Assembly (NCBI RefSeq): GCF_020745735.1
Contig: NC_083429.1
Location: 35,755,877-35,819,876, forward strand
Origin: Hemiscyllium ocellatum
Taxonomy: Eukaryota
Direction of reading: 5' to 3'
Length of the DNA: 64,000 bases
Shown: in pieces, positions 1 to 13,635 of the stretch
Numbering within the stretch: position 1 is the stretch's first letter
How the letters are laid out: each line of letters begins with the position of its first letter
Notes under the pieces: model-generated
What the model was told of the DNA's origin: nothing
The model's input: the letters and a program-made list of their open reading frames with translations, nothing else
The model's database searches: none
Made by a program: the position numbers and the translations under genes

Positions 1-1182
1 CATTCATCTTATTGACCCATTCTGTCTTTCAGTGAAATTCAAACCCCCAAGCCATTTGTTCCACAAATTGCTAGTTTTTTGCTACTCAATCTCAGATTTA
101 AGAGTCTTGTTCATTTAAGATTCTACTGTTACTTTTGTGTGGAAGAATTGCATACCTTTATCATCACCCTTTGTGTGAAGACGTGCTAGCTAACGCCAAA
201 GTTGGTGGCACTTTTGTATGTTCACCAGCCTGACCTGGAAGACTGTGTCAATGAGATACATTACTGCATTAAGCTGGCAATTGACATGTCAAGTGTGTCC
301 TGTAAAATTTTCCAGAGAGTAGATGTTCCACCGAGCACAACTTATCATGAAGACAGATGGAGTGCATTGGAGCCAACAGAAGGAGAAGATCATGCACTGT
401 GATGAAGGGAACCAGGGTTGGAAAGACACAAATCAGAGCATAGCTTGTAATGGAGGTTTTCACCCAATACATGCCACCATGAAAGCCACAAATCAAAGCA
501 AAAATGATAAAGCTTTTATTAAACTTAAAAGTTTCAGTGTAAGTGCACTTAAAGCAGAAATATAGTGTAGTAATGTCACTGGATTGATATTCAGGGAAAC
601 AGGCTAATGGTCAGTGCACAAGGGTTCAAATTCCACCATTATAGCTGTTGGAATTTAAATTCAATTAGTAAGATAAGGAATTGAAAGCTTGTCTCAGAAA
701 TGGTGACTGCAAAATTATAACTGATTTATAAAATCCAGTGTTTTTTTTTAGTGTACACTTACGTAGGAGTAAAGGGGGTAAAAAATCAAGGGTCCATATA
801 CGTAAGCTGTGTGCTAAGAGTTCAGGTCCACGATTTGCTCCGGGTTCTGGAGCTTGACTGGCTGCGAAGCACTAGTCCAGTCACAAAACTGACAGGCTCA
901 TGGACAACGAATTTCAGGACATGGACACCCAGTGCAGGAAGAGAAGGATTGGGTGACTGCCAGGCAGAAGGAGACCAAGCAGATGGAGAATCTCCTAAGC
1001 ACATCTTGCTGGCAAGCAGTTTTCGGTAACAGTCACGATTCATTGTGAGGTTAGTCAGACTCAAGACTATGGCATTGTGGGTGGTTCAGCTGTTCAAGGT
1101 GGGAGGAAAAAATGTGAAAGAGCAACAATGGAAAGGATTTGTTAGCGAAGAAAACAGATAGACATATCTGTGGCCTTGGAAG

Positions 1183-2822
1183 TGTTATGAAGTTGTGTAG
1201 CGTACTCGTCAAGTGGAAGGCAAAAATTTGTTGGTAAAACATGATAGGAGGGACGAATGCATGGCTCATTTAAGAAGTATAGGGTTTTTGTAAGCTTGGA
1301 GATTTACACAGAAAATGTGTCTATAAGTAGCTGAAAATGTATAGTCAGTTAGAAAATTGAAACATCATAGATTCCTACAGCACAAAGACAGGCCCTTTGG
1401 CTCAAATTGGTCCATGCTGACCAAAATGTCCACCCACACTAACCCCATTTCCCTGCACTTGGCTCATATCCTTCTAATCCTTTCCTATCCATGTATTTGT
1501 CCAAGTGCCTTTTAAGTGTTGTTAATGTACCTGCCTCAACCACTTCCACTGGCAACTCATTCCATATGCGCACCACCCTCTGTATAAAATTTGCCCCTCA
1601 GGTTCCCTTTTATTCTTTCCCCTCTAACCTAAATCTGATGCCCTTTAGTCATCATTTCCCCAATCCTGAGAAAAAGACTGAGTGCATTCATCCTATCCAT
1701 GCCTCTCACGATCTTATACAGCTCTAAGGTCCCCCCTCCCCCCCTTAGTCCCCTATGCTCTAAAGAAAAACGTCCTAGCTTGTCCAACCTCTACCTACAA
1801 CTCAGACCATTGAGTCCAGGCAACATCTTTGTAAATTTCTTCTGCACTCTTTTCAGTTTAATAATATTCTTCCTATAACAAGGTGACCAAAACTGAAGAC
1901 AATACTCCAAGTGCAGCCTCACCAACATCCTGTATAACTGAAACATAACTTTCCAACTTTTATACTCAATGCCCTGACTGATGAAGGCTAGTGTGCCAAA
2001 CATGTTCTTCACTACCATGTCTACCCATGACTCTCCATGTATCAATTGCCTGTGTGACTGGAAACCTTAGGCTTGTTTTGATGTGTTGGCAACTAGCTTG
2101 AAATCTGCCAATGAATTTAAACCAAACCTTAGAAATTGAAAACCAATTGATTTTAAATCTAATGGTTTTGACAACCTTAGACCAATGTTATTGTAAGAAA
2201 GTTGATATGTCATCCAAGGTATATAAGAACATGGCTTATGGAAATCAGGGGAGAGCAAACTGCCATCTGAAGAATTAACATCCAGCTCTCACAGAAATCT
2301 CTACATTCTCTGAGAGAGCAACATCTATCCACAAAAGGTACCAGAGCACACCTAGCTAAGAATCCTAATGGAAGAATTCACAGAGGAAACATCCCTGACC
2401 GGAGAGACAGCGGAGAAGGCAGAACGTTCTGGGAAACACATCCTGTATAGATTTTGAGAATCTAAGCTTTAATTTAATTTTTTTATGACTTGAGTTTATT
2501 GGGACTACATACCAGTAGAATTTGGTTCAGTTAGGGAATAGTTATTGGTTAGGGGAGAATTGTTCTGTCTGTTAGTAGTTCTGGTAATTTGTTCACTTTT
2601 AGGGTTAAATAAATAAATTGTTAGTTGTTGCTTATAAAGTGAATATCAGGGACTTTTTTCATTTAATAACTCCTTTAAAACAGATTACGAGGCGAGGCAA
2701 GCTTCCCTGGGTGCTTTAGGTGTTAATTAATACAAGGGAACCTCTACACCCACAGTCAGAGATTGGGAGGGTTTGTTTTTTGGTTTAATTATCAGAGAAG
2801 TTCAATCTTCCCCTTCGTAATA
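1183..2822 (+). mobile_element. Solo LTR (probably Gypsy-type) interrupted by a CR1 fragment
   Basis: Starts TGTTATGAAG, like the solo LTR at 43154, and ends CTTCGTAATA (CA mutated to TA). A 4-bp direct repeat GAAG flanks it at 1179-1182 and 2823-2826. Confidence 0.6.
1365..2035 (-). mobile_element. CR1/HER1 LINE 3' fragment
   Basis: ORF 1791-2045 (LYRMLVRLHLEYCLQFWSP...KRVQKKFTKMLPGL) is the CR1 RT C-terminus, followed by a typical CR1 3' tail. Confidence 0.85.
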
Positions 2823-3719
2823 GAAGTGACTCCAAAAATACATGTTGCCTTTCAGGAATCAGGATCAAGGATGTCATGGAACAGGTGCAGGATATCCTAT
2901 AGGGGGAGGGTGAACAGTTGGATGTCATGATCCCTGCTGCAATCAATGACACCAGCAGAAAGAGAATTGAGGTCCTGCAGGCAGGTTTTAGGGAGTTTGA
3001 TTGGAAATTGTCAAGCAGGACTTAAAAAGATAGCAATGTCCAGATTATTCTAGGTGCCACACAGTAATGAGGATAAAAAGAGGATCCAGCAGATGAGTAC
3101 ATGGCTGGGTAGATTATGCAGCAAGGAGGTCTTTTGATTCCTAAGACATTGGAACCATTTCAGGGTGAAATGGAAACTGTACAAGCTGAACTGTCCTGAA
3201 AGATGGGCAGGGTTGGAACTGGACATTCCTGATTATACAGCATTCAAACAAAATAAAAATGGGAATAGAAAAGTAGCCCCAGTATTGACATAGAAATCAA
3301 TTATATATGAAATAAGAGGGTGACAGCAAACCTGCACAATAAAATAATGCAAATCAGTTCCAGAGGGGTTACATTTCTACACTTTCAAACAGAGATTAGT
3401 CCTTCAGTCAATGGAAAATAAACTACATAGAATATTCAATCCAATGACACAAATATTGGCAGCTGGCAATTTGTGCACTTAAAAGATTCATCAAAACCTT
3501 AATATTGGCAAATTTTGAATTCCAAATTAAAAATAAAATCAGAAGCTAAGAAATTATCTAATTTGACCTTGAAATTGTTACCTTTCTGAATAGAGTTTGT
3601 ATGTATGATCTTGTTCTAGATGTTTTAACATATTCCATACTTATACATGAATAAAAGATTCAATCCAAATAAATTTGACCCTATTAAACCAGGATCCTCA
3701 TTGGGATGTCCAGTCTTAC

Positions 3720-3788
3720 CTGGTAGTTCCGAACACCATCCCAGCATGCTGTCTGATTTTGTTGTGCCTTCAAATCCTCAACTCCAAA
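3720..3788 (-). CDS. THYN1: THYN1 internal exon (EVE domain): FGVEDLKAQQNQTACWDGVRNYQ
   Basis: 69-nt phase-0 exon bounded by ttcttag and gtaag. Matches the recalled THYN1 motif F(S/G)IEDLKAQ...CWDGVRNYQ. Later exons were not found and presumably lie left of the window. Confidence 0.95.
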
Positions 3789-4794
3789 CTAAGAACAGAA
3801 TCAAAGAAAGAATTTAAATATAATATGGAAATATTTATCTTATTTTTCCCCTCAAAGTAATAACTCGCAAAGTTTATTTGGTAAATACTAAAAACTCACA
3901 ACAGTAACAAATGATCCTGTTGTTGACTAATTTTTCACATTCAGCTTCTATCCTTTTTGTGCATAACCCTCCACCCATCTGCACAAAAAAACACAAGTAT
4001 AAATGAAAGGGAAATTAAGGAACTGGGTTCATATTTACTCATGTTTTAAAATGGGCCGGAGGTTGGTTGCTGAGCAAGGTCATCCTCAATTTTTTCAATG
4101 TGGTAATTTAATTATCCAACCATTAAATATTTAGGGTGAACGCTACTGAATTAAAATAAAACAAAGCTTAGATTGTGATCAATACTTTTATATAGAAATA
4201 TAGCACAACCAATGAAATTGTATAAAGAACTTAAGCAATTCAGGTGCAGGTCATACTGCCTCTTCTATTCCTCCTCCACTGGCCTTAACAATCCTCGTAT
4301 CGCTTGACTGCCTGGTTTCCAAAAATCTTAACAATCTCAGTCTTCAACGTATTAAGAACACCATATTGATCAGCCCTCTGGGATAGAGAATTATAAACAT
4401 TTACAACTCTGATTTAAGAAATGTCTCCTGACCACAGTAGTGAATGGCTGATCTCTTATCTGATAATTTCACCCCCTACTTCTAGACTGTCCAGCTTCGG
4501 AACAGTCCTGCAGGATCCACTTTGTGATGAAATCCAAAAGAAATTACAGATTAGCTGTCATTCTTCTAAATGACAGAGAATAACACCCTAAACCACTCAA
4601 TCTCTCATGACAACTTTCATCTGAAGAATCAGCCTAGAGAACCTTCTCCTTTCATGTAAATATTGCAATCCTTTTTAGGTAAGAGGCAAAAACTGTATAC
4701 TGTATAATAAAGATTAAGAAACCTAATTCAACACTCATCACTATTCCTTTTGCATAATATTGTAAATCACCCTCTTATGAGAATAACACGTTAC

Positions 4795-4997
4795 CTTCAC
4801 ATCAACACCATTTTCAATTCGGCTTTCTGGTTCTGATTTCATCAGCCAAAACCTTTGTGCCTCTTTGTTGCCTTTATCCTCTACAGATGACTTTGCTGCT
4901 GTTCTATTGTCACTGGTTGAACTTTTTTTAGTTACATCTTTAGTTGAGTTATCCAGTTCTTTTTTAGCAGATTTGGCAGCTGGTTCAATTAATTCTA
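4795..4997 (-). CDS. THYN1: THYN1 exon ending FWLMKSEPESRIENGVDVK
   Basis: 203-nt exon with acceptor ttgccag (tandem CAGTAG) and donor gtaac, in frame with the 3720-3788 exon. WLMKSEP is the EVE-domain signature. The start-codon exon was not identified. Confidence 0.93.
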
Positions 4998-7900
4998 CTG
5001 GCAATAGAGGACAAGCAACATCAGGAAAGTAACAGAATCTTTTCCACAGGTGAGGAGATAACAAGACACAGATTTGACAATGAATAAGTGCTGACTCGGG
5101 AATTTGGTGCGAGTCAGATTTCTTTCAAGCTATAATAATGCAGTCAGACTCTAATTGAGAAATGTAAAACTGCAGCTAGCTAAGAACCTTAGTTTAACAG
5201 AATTCATCCAGCAGTGGCAGTTACCATTCAATTGAAATTCCTTACCTGAACATAGGTGTTCGTTACTGCAGAAGGAAGCTAACGTAGCAGTTGCAACTTG
5301 AGTTTAGCTACCAGCCTCTACATAAGTTGACTGCATGGAAATGACAAGGCCTATGTGCAATGTGAAATGACTGCTAACTTAGGAATTTGGTGCAGAGGAG
5401 AAAGAAGGTGCTGTTTTCATACATATTTATCAGCATCTAGTAGCTGAAAGATGTTCAGAGGCATTAATTAATGAGACAGAAAGGTAGTGAGCTGTTGGTA
5501 ATGTCACTGGACCATTAATCAGAGACTCAGACTAATATCCTGGGGACACAGGTTTGAATGTCATCATGGCGGATGGTAAAATTGCGATGTTAAAATCTTT
5601 GTAAAAACCAGTCTAATGGTGACTGCAAACCATCGTCTCTTATTACACATACCAGTGTGGTTCACCAATGCCTATTAGGGAAGGAGATCTGCCTAATTTG
5701 GTCTAACTTGCATGTGACTCCAAGCCCACAATAATGTAGTCAATTCTTAGATACTCTGTGAGTGGCTAACAAGCTACTCTTTGTATAGAACAAAGTCTAA
5801 GTGGACTGAAACTGGGTGGATAATCAGGCTTCTAGACATCAGAAACACAAATAGTAAACTCAGCTCTGTCGACTCTGTAATGTCCTTTCTGATAGGAGAG
5901 CTATCCCACAGTCTAGTCAAGCAACAGCTGACATAGTCGTACTCATAGAATCATACCTTACAGACAATGTTCCAGACAGAGTCAGGTCACTTCATTATTT
6001 GGGGTGTCACAAATAGTGCTGATTGTGCAATCATCAGCGCACATCCCCGCTTCTGACTTTAGGATGGAGGCAAGATCATTGGTGAAGCAACTGAATATTG
6101 CTCCTAGAATACTGCTGAGAAAGACATGTAGAGAAATTCTGGAACTAAAGCAATTGATCAAAACCCACACAACCACATTCCTTTTTTGCATGTATAAACT
6201 CCAACTAACAGAGAATTTTCCTGTGATTTCCATTGGCTCCCGTTTTTTTTTGTTTCGACTCCCTGATACCATACTGAGTGTGTCCTGACTTACTGATGGA
6301 ACAGACCAATCAGAGGTAAACACTGAGCAGACAATTGCCCTGAGTCCTCAGCTAAATTCAGAGATACAGACAGAAGAGTAAATAAATGTACTGGAATTTG
6401 TGGTGGAGGCAGGTAAAATTGGGACCTACAAAAATGAGAGTTGGTTAAGGTTTTGAAAAGAAAATACTTGCAGGACTATCTGGAAAGAGGAGGGGGGTGA
6501 GATTAACTAACTCTTCTACAGGAGGCTGACATAGACAGGATGGGTCAAGTGCTCTTCTTCCATGCTTCAGCCATTCTATGATTCAATACAAGTTTCAGAT
6601 GCAGTGTGTTGAAGTATTACAACGAGTTCATAAGTCATTCATGGCAGTGAAGGAAGACGCTCGGTTCTCCGAAGCCAAGCCAACTCTCTGTAAAGCACAC
6701 TAGTCTGGCCCATTCCACCAATATACCCACGTTTTTAAAAAATTACAAATTTATTAAGTGAATTCAAATTTCACAAGAAATATAGTTAAATTTGCTTTGA
6801 CGTCCTGATAGCATTATCCTAAGGTCTGGGTTTCTAGTTCAATGACATTATTGCTGTGCTACTATCTCCCCAGTCAATGCGTCCTCTTTTTTAATATACT
6901 GTATATCCAGAAATGCTTTATGCGTCACTGAACATTTTTTTTCCACCAGCCAATTACCTGTGTTACTTTTTCTTATTCATCCTCCACCGTTAAATCACCC
7001 GTGCTTCTGATTCAATTACCAATTTACTGCAATATATCCTTTTTTTCATATTTTCTAATCAATCTGTTCAGAGATGTTATTACACAGCTAGGTGCATATG
7101 GGACATGACCCCAGGCCTCCTGCTCCAGAGGCAGTTCACTACTACTGCCCACAAGACCCCTCCAATGTATCTTTTTTTTAAAAACAGTTCAAAAAAGTTT
7201 ATTTAATAAGTTCCAGTGTTGTTCAGTTGTGGCTCTTACTCTCGAAAGCTTCCAAAAAGTCCAGTTTGGAGATGTGATTGTGCGACTCTGGAGCTGGTGG
7301 GTTTTGAACCCAGGCCACCTGGCTCATAGGTAGAAACATCTTCACTTTGCCACAAGTAGCCTCTTAATATTTTTTAACCTATCTTTGTAATCAATCTGCT
7401 CAAAGATGTTATTACACACCATTGGTGTAGGTGGGACTTTAACCTGGGCATCCTGGTCCAGGGGTATGGACACTACCACTGTACCACAAGAGGGGCCCTT
7501 CCAATATATCCTCTTCTTGTTTTGAAGACAGTGCAAAAAAGTGTCACAAAAGTGGTTCTAGAAGTTAAGGAATTTCAGTTATGAAGACACTTTGGAGAAA
7601 CATGGGAGGAAAGAAGGTCTAGAGGACATTTAGTAAAGGTATTAAAAATGATGAGGCAACTGGGCAAAGTAGATAGAGAGAGACTGTTTTCACTCTTGAC
7701 AGGATTGGGAATCAGATGGATAGATTACGTAACTGACAAAAAAGCAAATGTAATATAAGAGAATCCTTTTCAAATATAAAGTAGTTAAGACCTGGAATGC
7801 ACTAAGAGCATGAAACAGCCAAATCAATTGTAATATTCATTTGGGAATTAGATGGTTACTTGAAAAAAAAATGCAGGGTTACTGAGCAAGAGCAGAAGAA

Positions 7901-10900
7901 TGACACTGAACTGTTCATTCAAAAAGCTTGAGTGGACAAGATGAACTGAATGGCTTCCTTCTGCACTGTAACGATTCTTGGATTCTGTAATTCCTTGCCA
8001 AAATCTTAAATCTGCATTCCATAGTTGTTATATAATCAACTAATGGGAACACATTTTCCTTGACTACCGTATCCAAGTCTGTCATAACACTGTACATCCC
8101 CATCAAATCTCCCATCAGTTTGCTTTTTTCCAAGGAGAACAAGGCAGATGGTTAAATGCTTAGTCAAAGATTTCAAGTCCCCATTTCCTTTGAGAGTTGG
8201 AGATTTAAAGGAATTCAAGAAGTTAGGGCATAGACAGCTAAAGGCAGAGCCACCAGTGAATTAAGTAAAATTAAGAATGTACAAGAGGCCAGAACTACAG
8301 CAGCACAAAGATCACAGAAGAATTGGAGCTGGGGAAGTTACAGAGACATAAAGGGTCAAGACCTTTGAGATATTTGAAACCAAAAGGACACAAATTTTTC
8401 CACTGGCTGCTGGTTGACCATTGCTGCAATGTAGGTCAGTGAGCATGTGGGTGACAAGGGAAGAGAACTTGATGTGATATGAGATTACCTCAAGTATAAA
8501 GGTAAAGTGTTGAGATTTAAACTGCTGCTTTTGCATTCTGGGTGCCAACAAACCTTGTAATTTTCCCAATCCAACTTAATGTGCCTTGTCATCATCAGCA
8601 CATATACCCTTGCGAGTGTGAACTTTCTATATTGAAAATTACAACCATGAACTCACATTCAGCCACATCACACCAATCTGCAAGTATACCAAGATCTATC
8701 CATAAATCATACCTCAAAGCTTTCCAAGAAAAGCATCCGTGCTCGTGACCTGATTATTCAGTGAATTTAGCCAGTAATAGTTGACAGTAAAGGCCAAGAT
8801 TATTTAGGATTTTGGGTGAAATGCAACATGTGGCTTTAGAACACACAGAGGCACACAAATACAAATTGTTGTTGTTGTTGAAGGAGTTTCTTTATCCTAC
8901 CAATACCACACTGCACCCAAACATCTGTGTGAGTATCAGACGGAAGAGTGATCCCAGATGTAAAGCCAATCCCTCTATAAATATCCTGCTGACTTTCACT
9001 ATCAGGTGATGCTGAATAATTATCATCGTTATGAGGGATGTGGGATAGAGATGCACCAAACTCTGCAGCTACACTCAAGCAAAGGACTAGTGGATTCAAG
9101 AACAGAGCAACATGGAAGGAAGTAACAGAAAATTATATCAAGTTCACAAACACGAACATTCCCCATAATTTAGCAAATAGGGAAACTCTTAGAATGGCTG
9201 TTAAAAGCTTCACCACTCACTACAGATCACAATACATCACTCACTGATGCTCCTCCATTGTAAAGCCATTGCATTAACCATCATCAATGAACACAGAATC
9301 ATTGGCAAAACATAGGAAAAAGTATTACTTGATTTTCCATTTCCACCACGTTTTTTGGTTTTTGGAGACATCTTTGACTTTTCAACTTTTTTGTATCCTA
9401 TAATGAGAAAAATATATAATATTGCCAGTGAAACATTGCAGTTGTAAGTAAGTTAGCTTGGCTGCTAAAATTGCATTGAATTTCCAGAACAAGAAAACCT
9501 GTTCCCCAAACATCAGTATCTGCATAAAATGGTTAAAACATTAGACAATTTGGTTATATGGAGACTGTAATAAAAATACTATTAAACCACAATACTAATT
9601 TGAAACCCATTAGTCAATGTTCATCATCAATTATAGAGCACATTTTGAAGGTGCTGTTAAAGTTGTTTGTTTACAAATCATGTTATAAAACACATCATCA
9701 CATATTTGTGGTAGCACTGTGACAAACATGTCACTGATTCTCTAATACAGAGATTCACCAAATCCCAAACAGCAATGGACCACTTTAACAAAAAACATCA
9801 AAATTTGTTGTTTTCCCAGCAAGTCTCTCAGGCTTTAATCTGAATCCAGAAAACATTTGTTCAGATTCATTGAATACTTCAGGAAAGCATATAGAACCAA
9901 TCAACTAATGCAATGAAATCAAGATTCCAATATGGAAAACAACTGACTACTCATAATAAATAAGGCGCCTATATTTTATTGATCAGGCAGATTGTTCAAA
10001 CTTAACTGCTATCACTTTGATTTATAATGAATTAATTAATCAATTAAAATGAATATGTACTTCATATTAATTGTCTGATGCCAAAGCCACAATTTAGGGA
10101 GGTAAAGATTGTGGGATCAGGATCCATTTGTCGTAAAGCTGACTTCAGGAAACAATGGGTCTAGAGATCAAACTGGGGAATCTAAATCAGGCATAGGTAG
10201 TTGAGTGGCTGATTATGCCATCATTTCCATAGTCCTATTGCTGGAAACTTTTTCACAAGATCACTGCAGTCCAATGTTTTAACAATAAATATATTCAACC
10301 AAAATCTTAGCCAAGGTACAAAGGCATTCTTGACTGATGATAGAGGAAAAAACAAAATCCTGAGCCAGAGACCATACCTGCTCTCAGCCAAAGGTATATA
10401 TTCAGCAGATACACAAACACACTCTTACAGCAACCAAAGTTTGAGAAAAGGTACCCTGAAATCCAGTTGAAAACTGAAATCACTCAACTGTAAAACATTT
10501 TGATAAAAGCTTGACAATATTCAGAAGTTCTTTTCTTTTATTGTGGTGGAAGGCAAATCAGGAGAATTTATGTCAAAGAAGTCACAAAAGACAAAACAAT
10601 CTGCTTTTCATTCACAATGATTCAATACTCCAACTTTATTTTTTCAAGATAGTAATGTTAGCAAGAAAGCCAAAGAATTCACTACATTCTGAGAAATGGA
10701 CAACTTCCCAATATTTTTTTGAAAGGCAGATAATGCAAATTCACTGTACACCTTGACACTAAATGCTTCCACTGAGACTGGCTCCTCTGACAGAGGATTT
10801 GCAGCTGGTCAGCAGTAAAATTGTTTAACTTGTTCCACAAATGGTTGCGCTCTGCAAAATATTTCTTCACAGCTTATCATTCTAATCGCATAGAAACTCA

Positions 10901-11099
10901 AATTCAGGGCTTGGATCTGGAAAGGTAGTTCTGCATGATTTTATTGTCACACATTGCTCTTACTGTTTCTATTCAGCATTTTGTATTAAAGATGAGGTAG
11001 CTGTTTCAGGTCCAAATAAGCATGAAATTTCACCAAGAATGAACAGTTGTTGAACAGTGGATACAAACATGGTGCAACGACTTTGTATATTCCCAAAAA

Positions 11100-11520
11100 C
11101 ATAGTAATAGAGCCACACAGCATGGACACAGACCCTTCAGTCCAACCTGTCCATGCCACTAATGTTCCCAAACTAAACCAGTCCCACTTGCCTGTGCGCT
11201 TGGCCCATATCCTTCCAAACTTATTCTATTCACAAACTTATCCAAATGTCTTTTAAATATTACAAATACACCTGCTTCTACCACTTTCTCTGGCAGTTAA
11301 TCCACATATATTTTTTTCTTGTCTCACCTTAAAAATATCCCCCTTGTTTTGAACCCCCCTACCCTAGGAAAAAGATCCCTGTTTATGCTACTCATTATTC
11401 TATAAACCTCAATAAGAACACTTCTCAACTTCCTATGCTCCAGTGAAAAAAGTCCCAGTCTTGCCAATCTATTGTAACATCTCAAACCCTCCATTCCCAG
11501 CAACATCCTGGTAAATATCC
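11100..11520 (-). mobile_element. CR1/HER1 LINE 3' fragment
   Basis: FTRMLLGMEGL...LARLGLFSLEHRKLR..LIEVYRIM plus a CR1 3' tail. Confidence 0.8.
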
Positions 11521-12929
11521 TTGGATAAGTCAATGTCAACATCAATCACAAGATTCCAGTATGGCAAACAGGAGACATAGGCAACTGTGGGATTACTGCA
11601 GTAAAGAAAATGTAATCCTTTGAATTCTTATGATATTTGACGTACTGTTGTTATATCAGACTACACATCCATTTCATTTGAAAACATAACATTTCTCTAC
11701 TTCAGTTTTCTATTCAAAGTTAGCAAATGTAAACTAGTTCAATTGACTGTTGTTGGGAATATACATAGACGTGCCATGTTTGTATCCTTTGTTCAGCACT
11801 TTCAGCCACCCTCAGTTTGTTAAAGGTACTCTGTCCTCTGTTACTTGAAATCTCAGTCTTTCAAAGTCTTCTTGAAGAAAATTCTCAGCCAATCCTCATT
11901 TGTTAAAATTATTACTTAAAGATAGCAAAAATGCTAATGCTAAAGAACAAAAAATTTCCTCAACGTAACTTTCGAAAAATGTGTGCACTTCTAGTATTTT
12001 ATCTTTTTACTGCAAATTTCCAATATTTTTACTAATTTTCTAAATTTCCCTTAACACTGTTGGCTGCCATGAACAATAGGTGGAAGGATGCTCAGGAGTA
12101 ATTTCTAAAATATATATTTTCATAAACACTACTATTTTTGAACACACACTGGATTCCTTCCTTCAGTAAAACTGAAGGCTTGTGCAGATGAACTGAGCAA
12201 AAACCATTGAGGTTCTACTATAAACAGTGTTGCTTAATATTAATGTCAATCATCGGGAACCTCGGATGTATTATCCTAACAACCCAGTTTTGTTTAGTAC
12301 AAATGCCCACAGATGCTGTACATAACCATTTCTGGAGGGTGGTGGTAAACTAATATTATTTGTCTGTAGATCCAGAGGTCTGGGTTAATGTGCTGGACAA
12401 CACAGCAACTGTTGGAACTTATGTTTAAATTCAACTAATAGGGTTTTACAATCTGGAATTGAAAGCTAGAGTCAGGAATGGTTCGATTAAATTACCATTG
12501 GTGAACCAGATGGAGTTTTAAGACAATAAGACCATAGTACGTAGGAGCAGAAGTAGTCCATTCAGCCCATCAAGTCAGCTTCACCATTCAATGAGGCTTA
12601 TCTGATGTTCCTCAGCTCCATTTTCCTCATGACCCTTGATTCCCTTACTGATTATAAATCTGTCCATTAAACTATTTAATGAAAAGAAACATATTGTCCT
12701 TACAAACAAAAATCCCTCTGAAATATCAAGTTAAACGGAAATTAGAGATGACCAACAAATGCTGGCCATGCTCCTGCTCCCCACATTTCACAGGAACAAG
12801 GAGAAGGCCATTCAGCCCATCAAGTCTGTCCCGCCAAAACTAAACTAAACTAAAACTACTCCAGCCACACCCTCGTGTGTTACATTTTACTGTAAATGTA
12901 CTTTTTAAAGTTTATGAGGTTAACAGCCT

Positions 12930-13100
12930 CCATGCCACTCACCAGCTCAAAGACTCCCGCCTCTGTCACTAGGCAACCGCTTAAAGGGGAAGGTCGACCC
13001 ACCTTAAAGGGGATGGCCTGGGCCTGGCGATTATTCATCGGCACTGACAAGAAACAGACTAAAACAAGTCACGTCTGAGGAGGTGAGAATGGGGGGAAAC
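12930..13100. promoter_or_regulatory. Putative bidirectional CpG-rich promoter for THYN1 and ANAPC13 with non-coding first exons
   Basis: Local CpG enrichment. Minus-strand donor CTG|GTGAGT at 12943/12942 and plus-strand donor GAG|GTGAGA at 13082/13083. RFX X-box-like GTCACTAGGCAAC at 12965-12977. Confidence 0.65.
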
Positions 13101-13252
13101 ATCATCAGAACTGGCGGGAAATAAAATATCATCGAAATAAAGGGCCGTTCGCTCAAGGACGGGGCAGCGCGCGGAGAGAAACAAAACCCATCGCCTCAAT
13201 CCCCGAGAGTGTTCACCACAACACAGTCCCCGCGCCCATTGTCCACTGCGGC

Positions 13253-13555
13253 CGGACCGTTTACTGGGGGGACCGGCAGAGTCCGGACCGTTTACCGGGG
13301 GGACCGGGAGAGTCCGGATCGTTTGCTGGGGGAAACCAAGAGAGAACGGACCATTTACCGGGAGAGTCCGGACCGTTTATCAGGGGTACGGGGAGAGACC
13401 GGGCCGTTTACCGAGGGGATCGAGAGAGTCGGGACCTTTTACCGGGGGGCACAGGAGAGACCGGACCGTTTACCGGGAGAACCGTGGCTGTGGGGGGAAG
13501 AGGGAGAGTGGGCACCGGGTAGTGGTGAGAGTCCGGACGGTTTATCGGGGGGAGC
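13253..13555 (+). repeat. GC-rich minisatellite (about 30-bp unit, core GGACCGTTTACCGGGG)
   Basis: About 9 degenerate copies visible directly. Confidence 0.85.
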
Positions 13556-13635
13556 GGGTTGAGGTGATTCTTGTGGCTCTTGGATTCTTTTCAGAGACAT
13601 TTTCTCCATGTGGAAGAGCAGCCCATTGTCAGACA

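Larger units (their letters stand above)
790..3250 (+). mobile_element. Decayed CR1/L2-type LINE ORF1 (esterase-like) fragment, split by a solo LTR
   Basis: Reading across the insertion gives ...KTDRHICGL / DSKNTCCLSGIRIKDVMEQVQDIL-GEGEQLDVMI...INDTSRKRIEVLQAGFRE, resembling CR1 ORF1 SGNH-esterase. Boundaries approximate. Confidence 0.55.

Noticed and set aside
5241-8750. Candidate THYN1 first coding micro-exons (about 5246-5265, 6958-7026, 8712-8749)
   Set aside because: They have AG/GT boundaries but the wrong phase or in-frame stops relative to the 4795-4997 exon.
8700-12200. Possible decayed hAT transposase or endogenous viral element (e.g. PVSVEAFSVKVYSEFALSA on the minus strand near 10750)
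   Set aside because: Only a faint resemblance, many stops and no termini; needs a profile search.
13253-13555. CRISPR-like repeat/spacer pattern
   Set aside because: Vertebrate context, degenerate repeats, related rather than unique spacers, no cas genes; it is a minisatellite.
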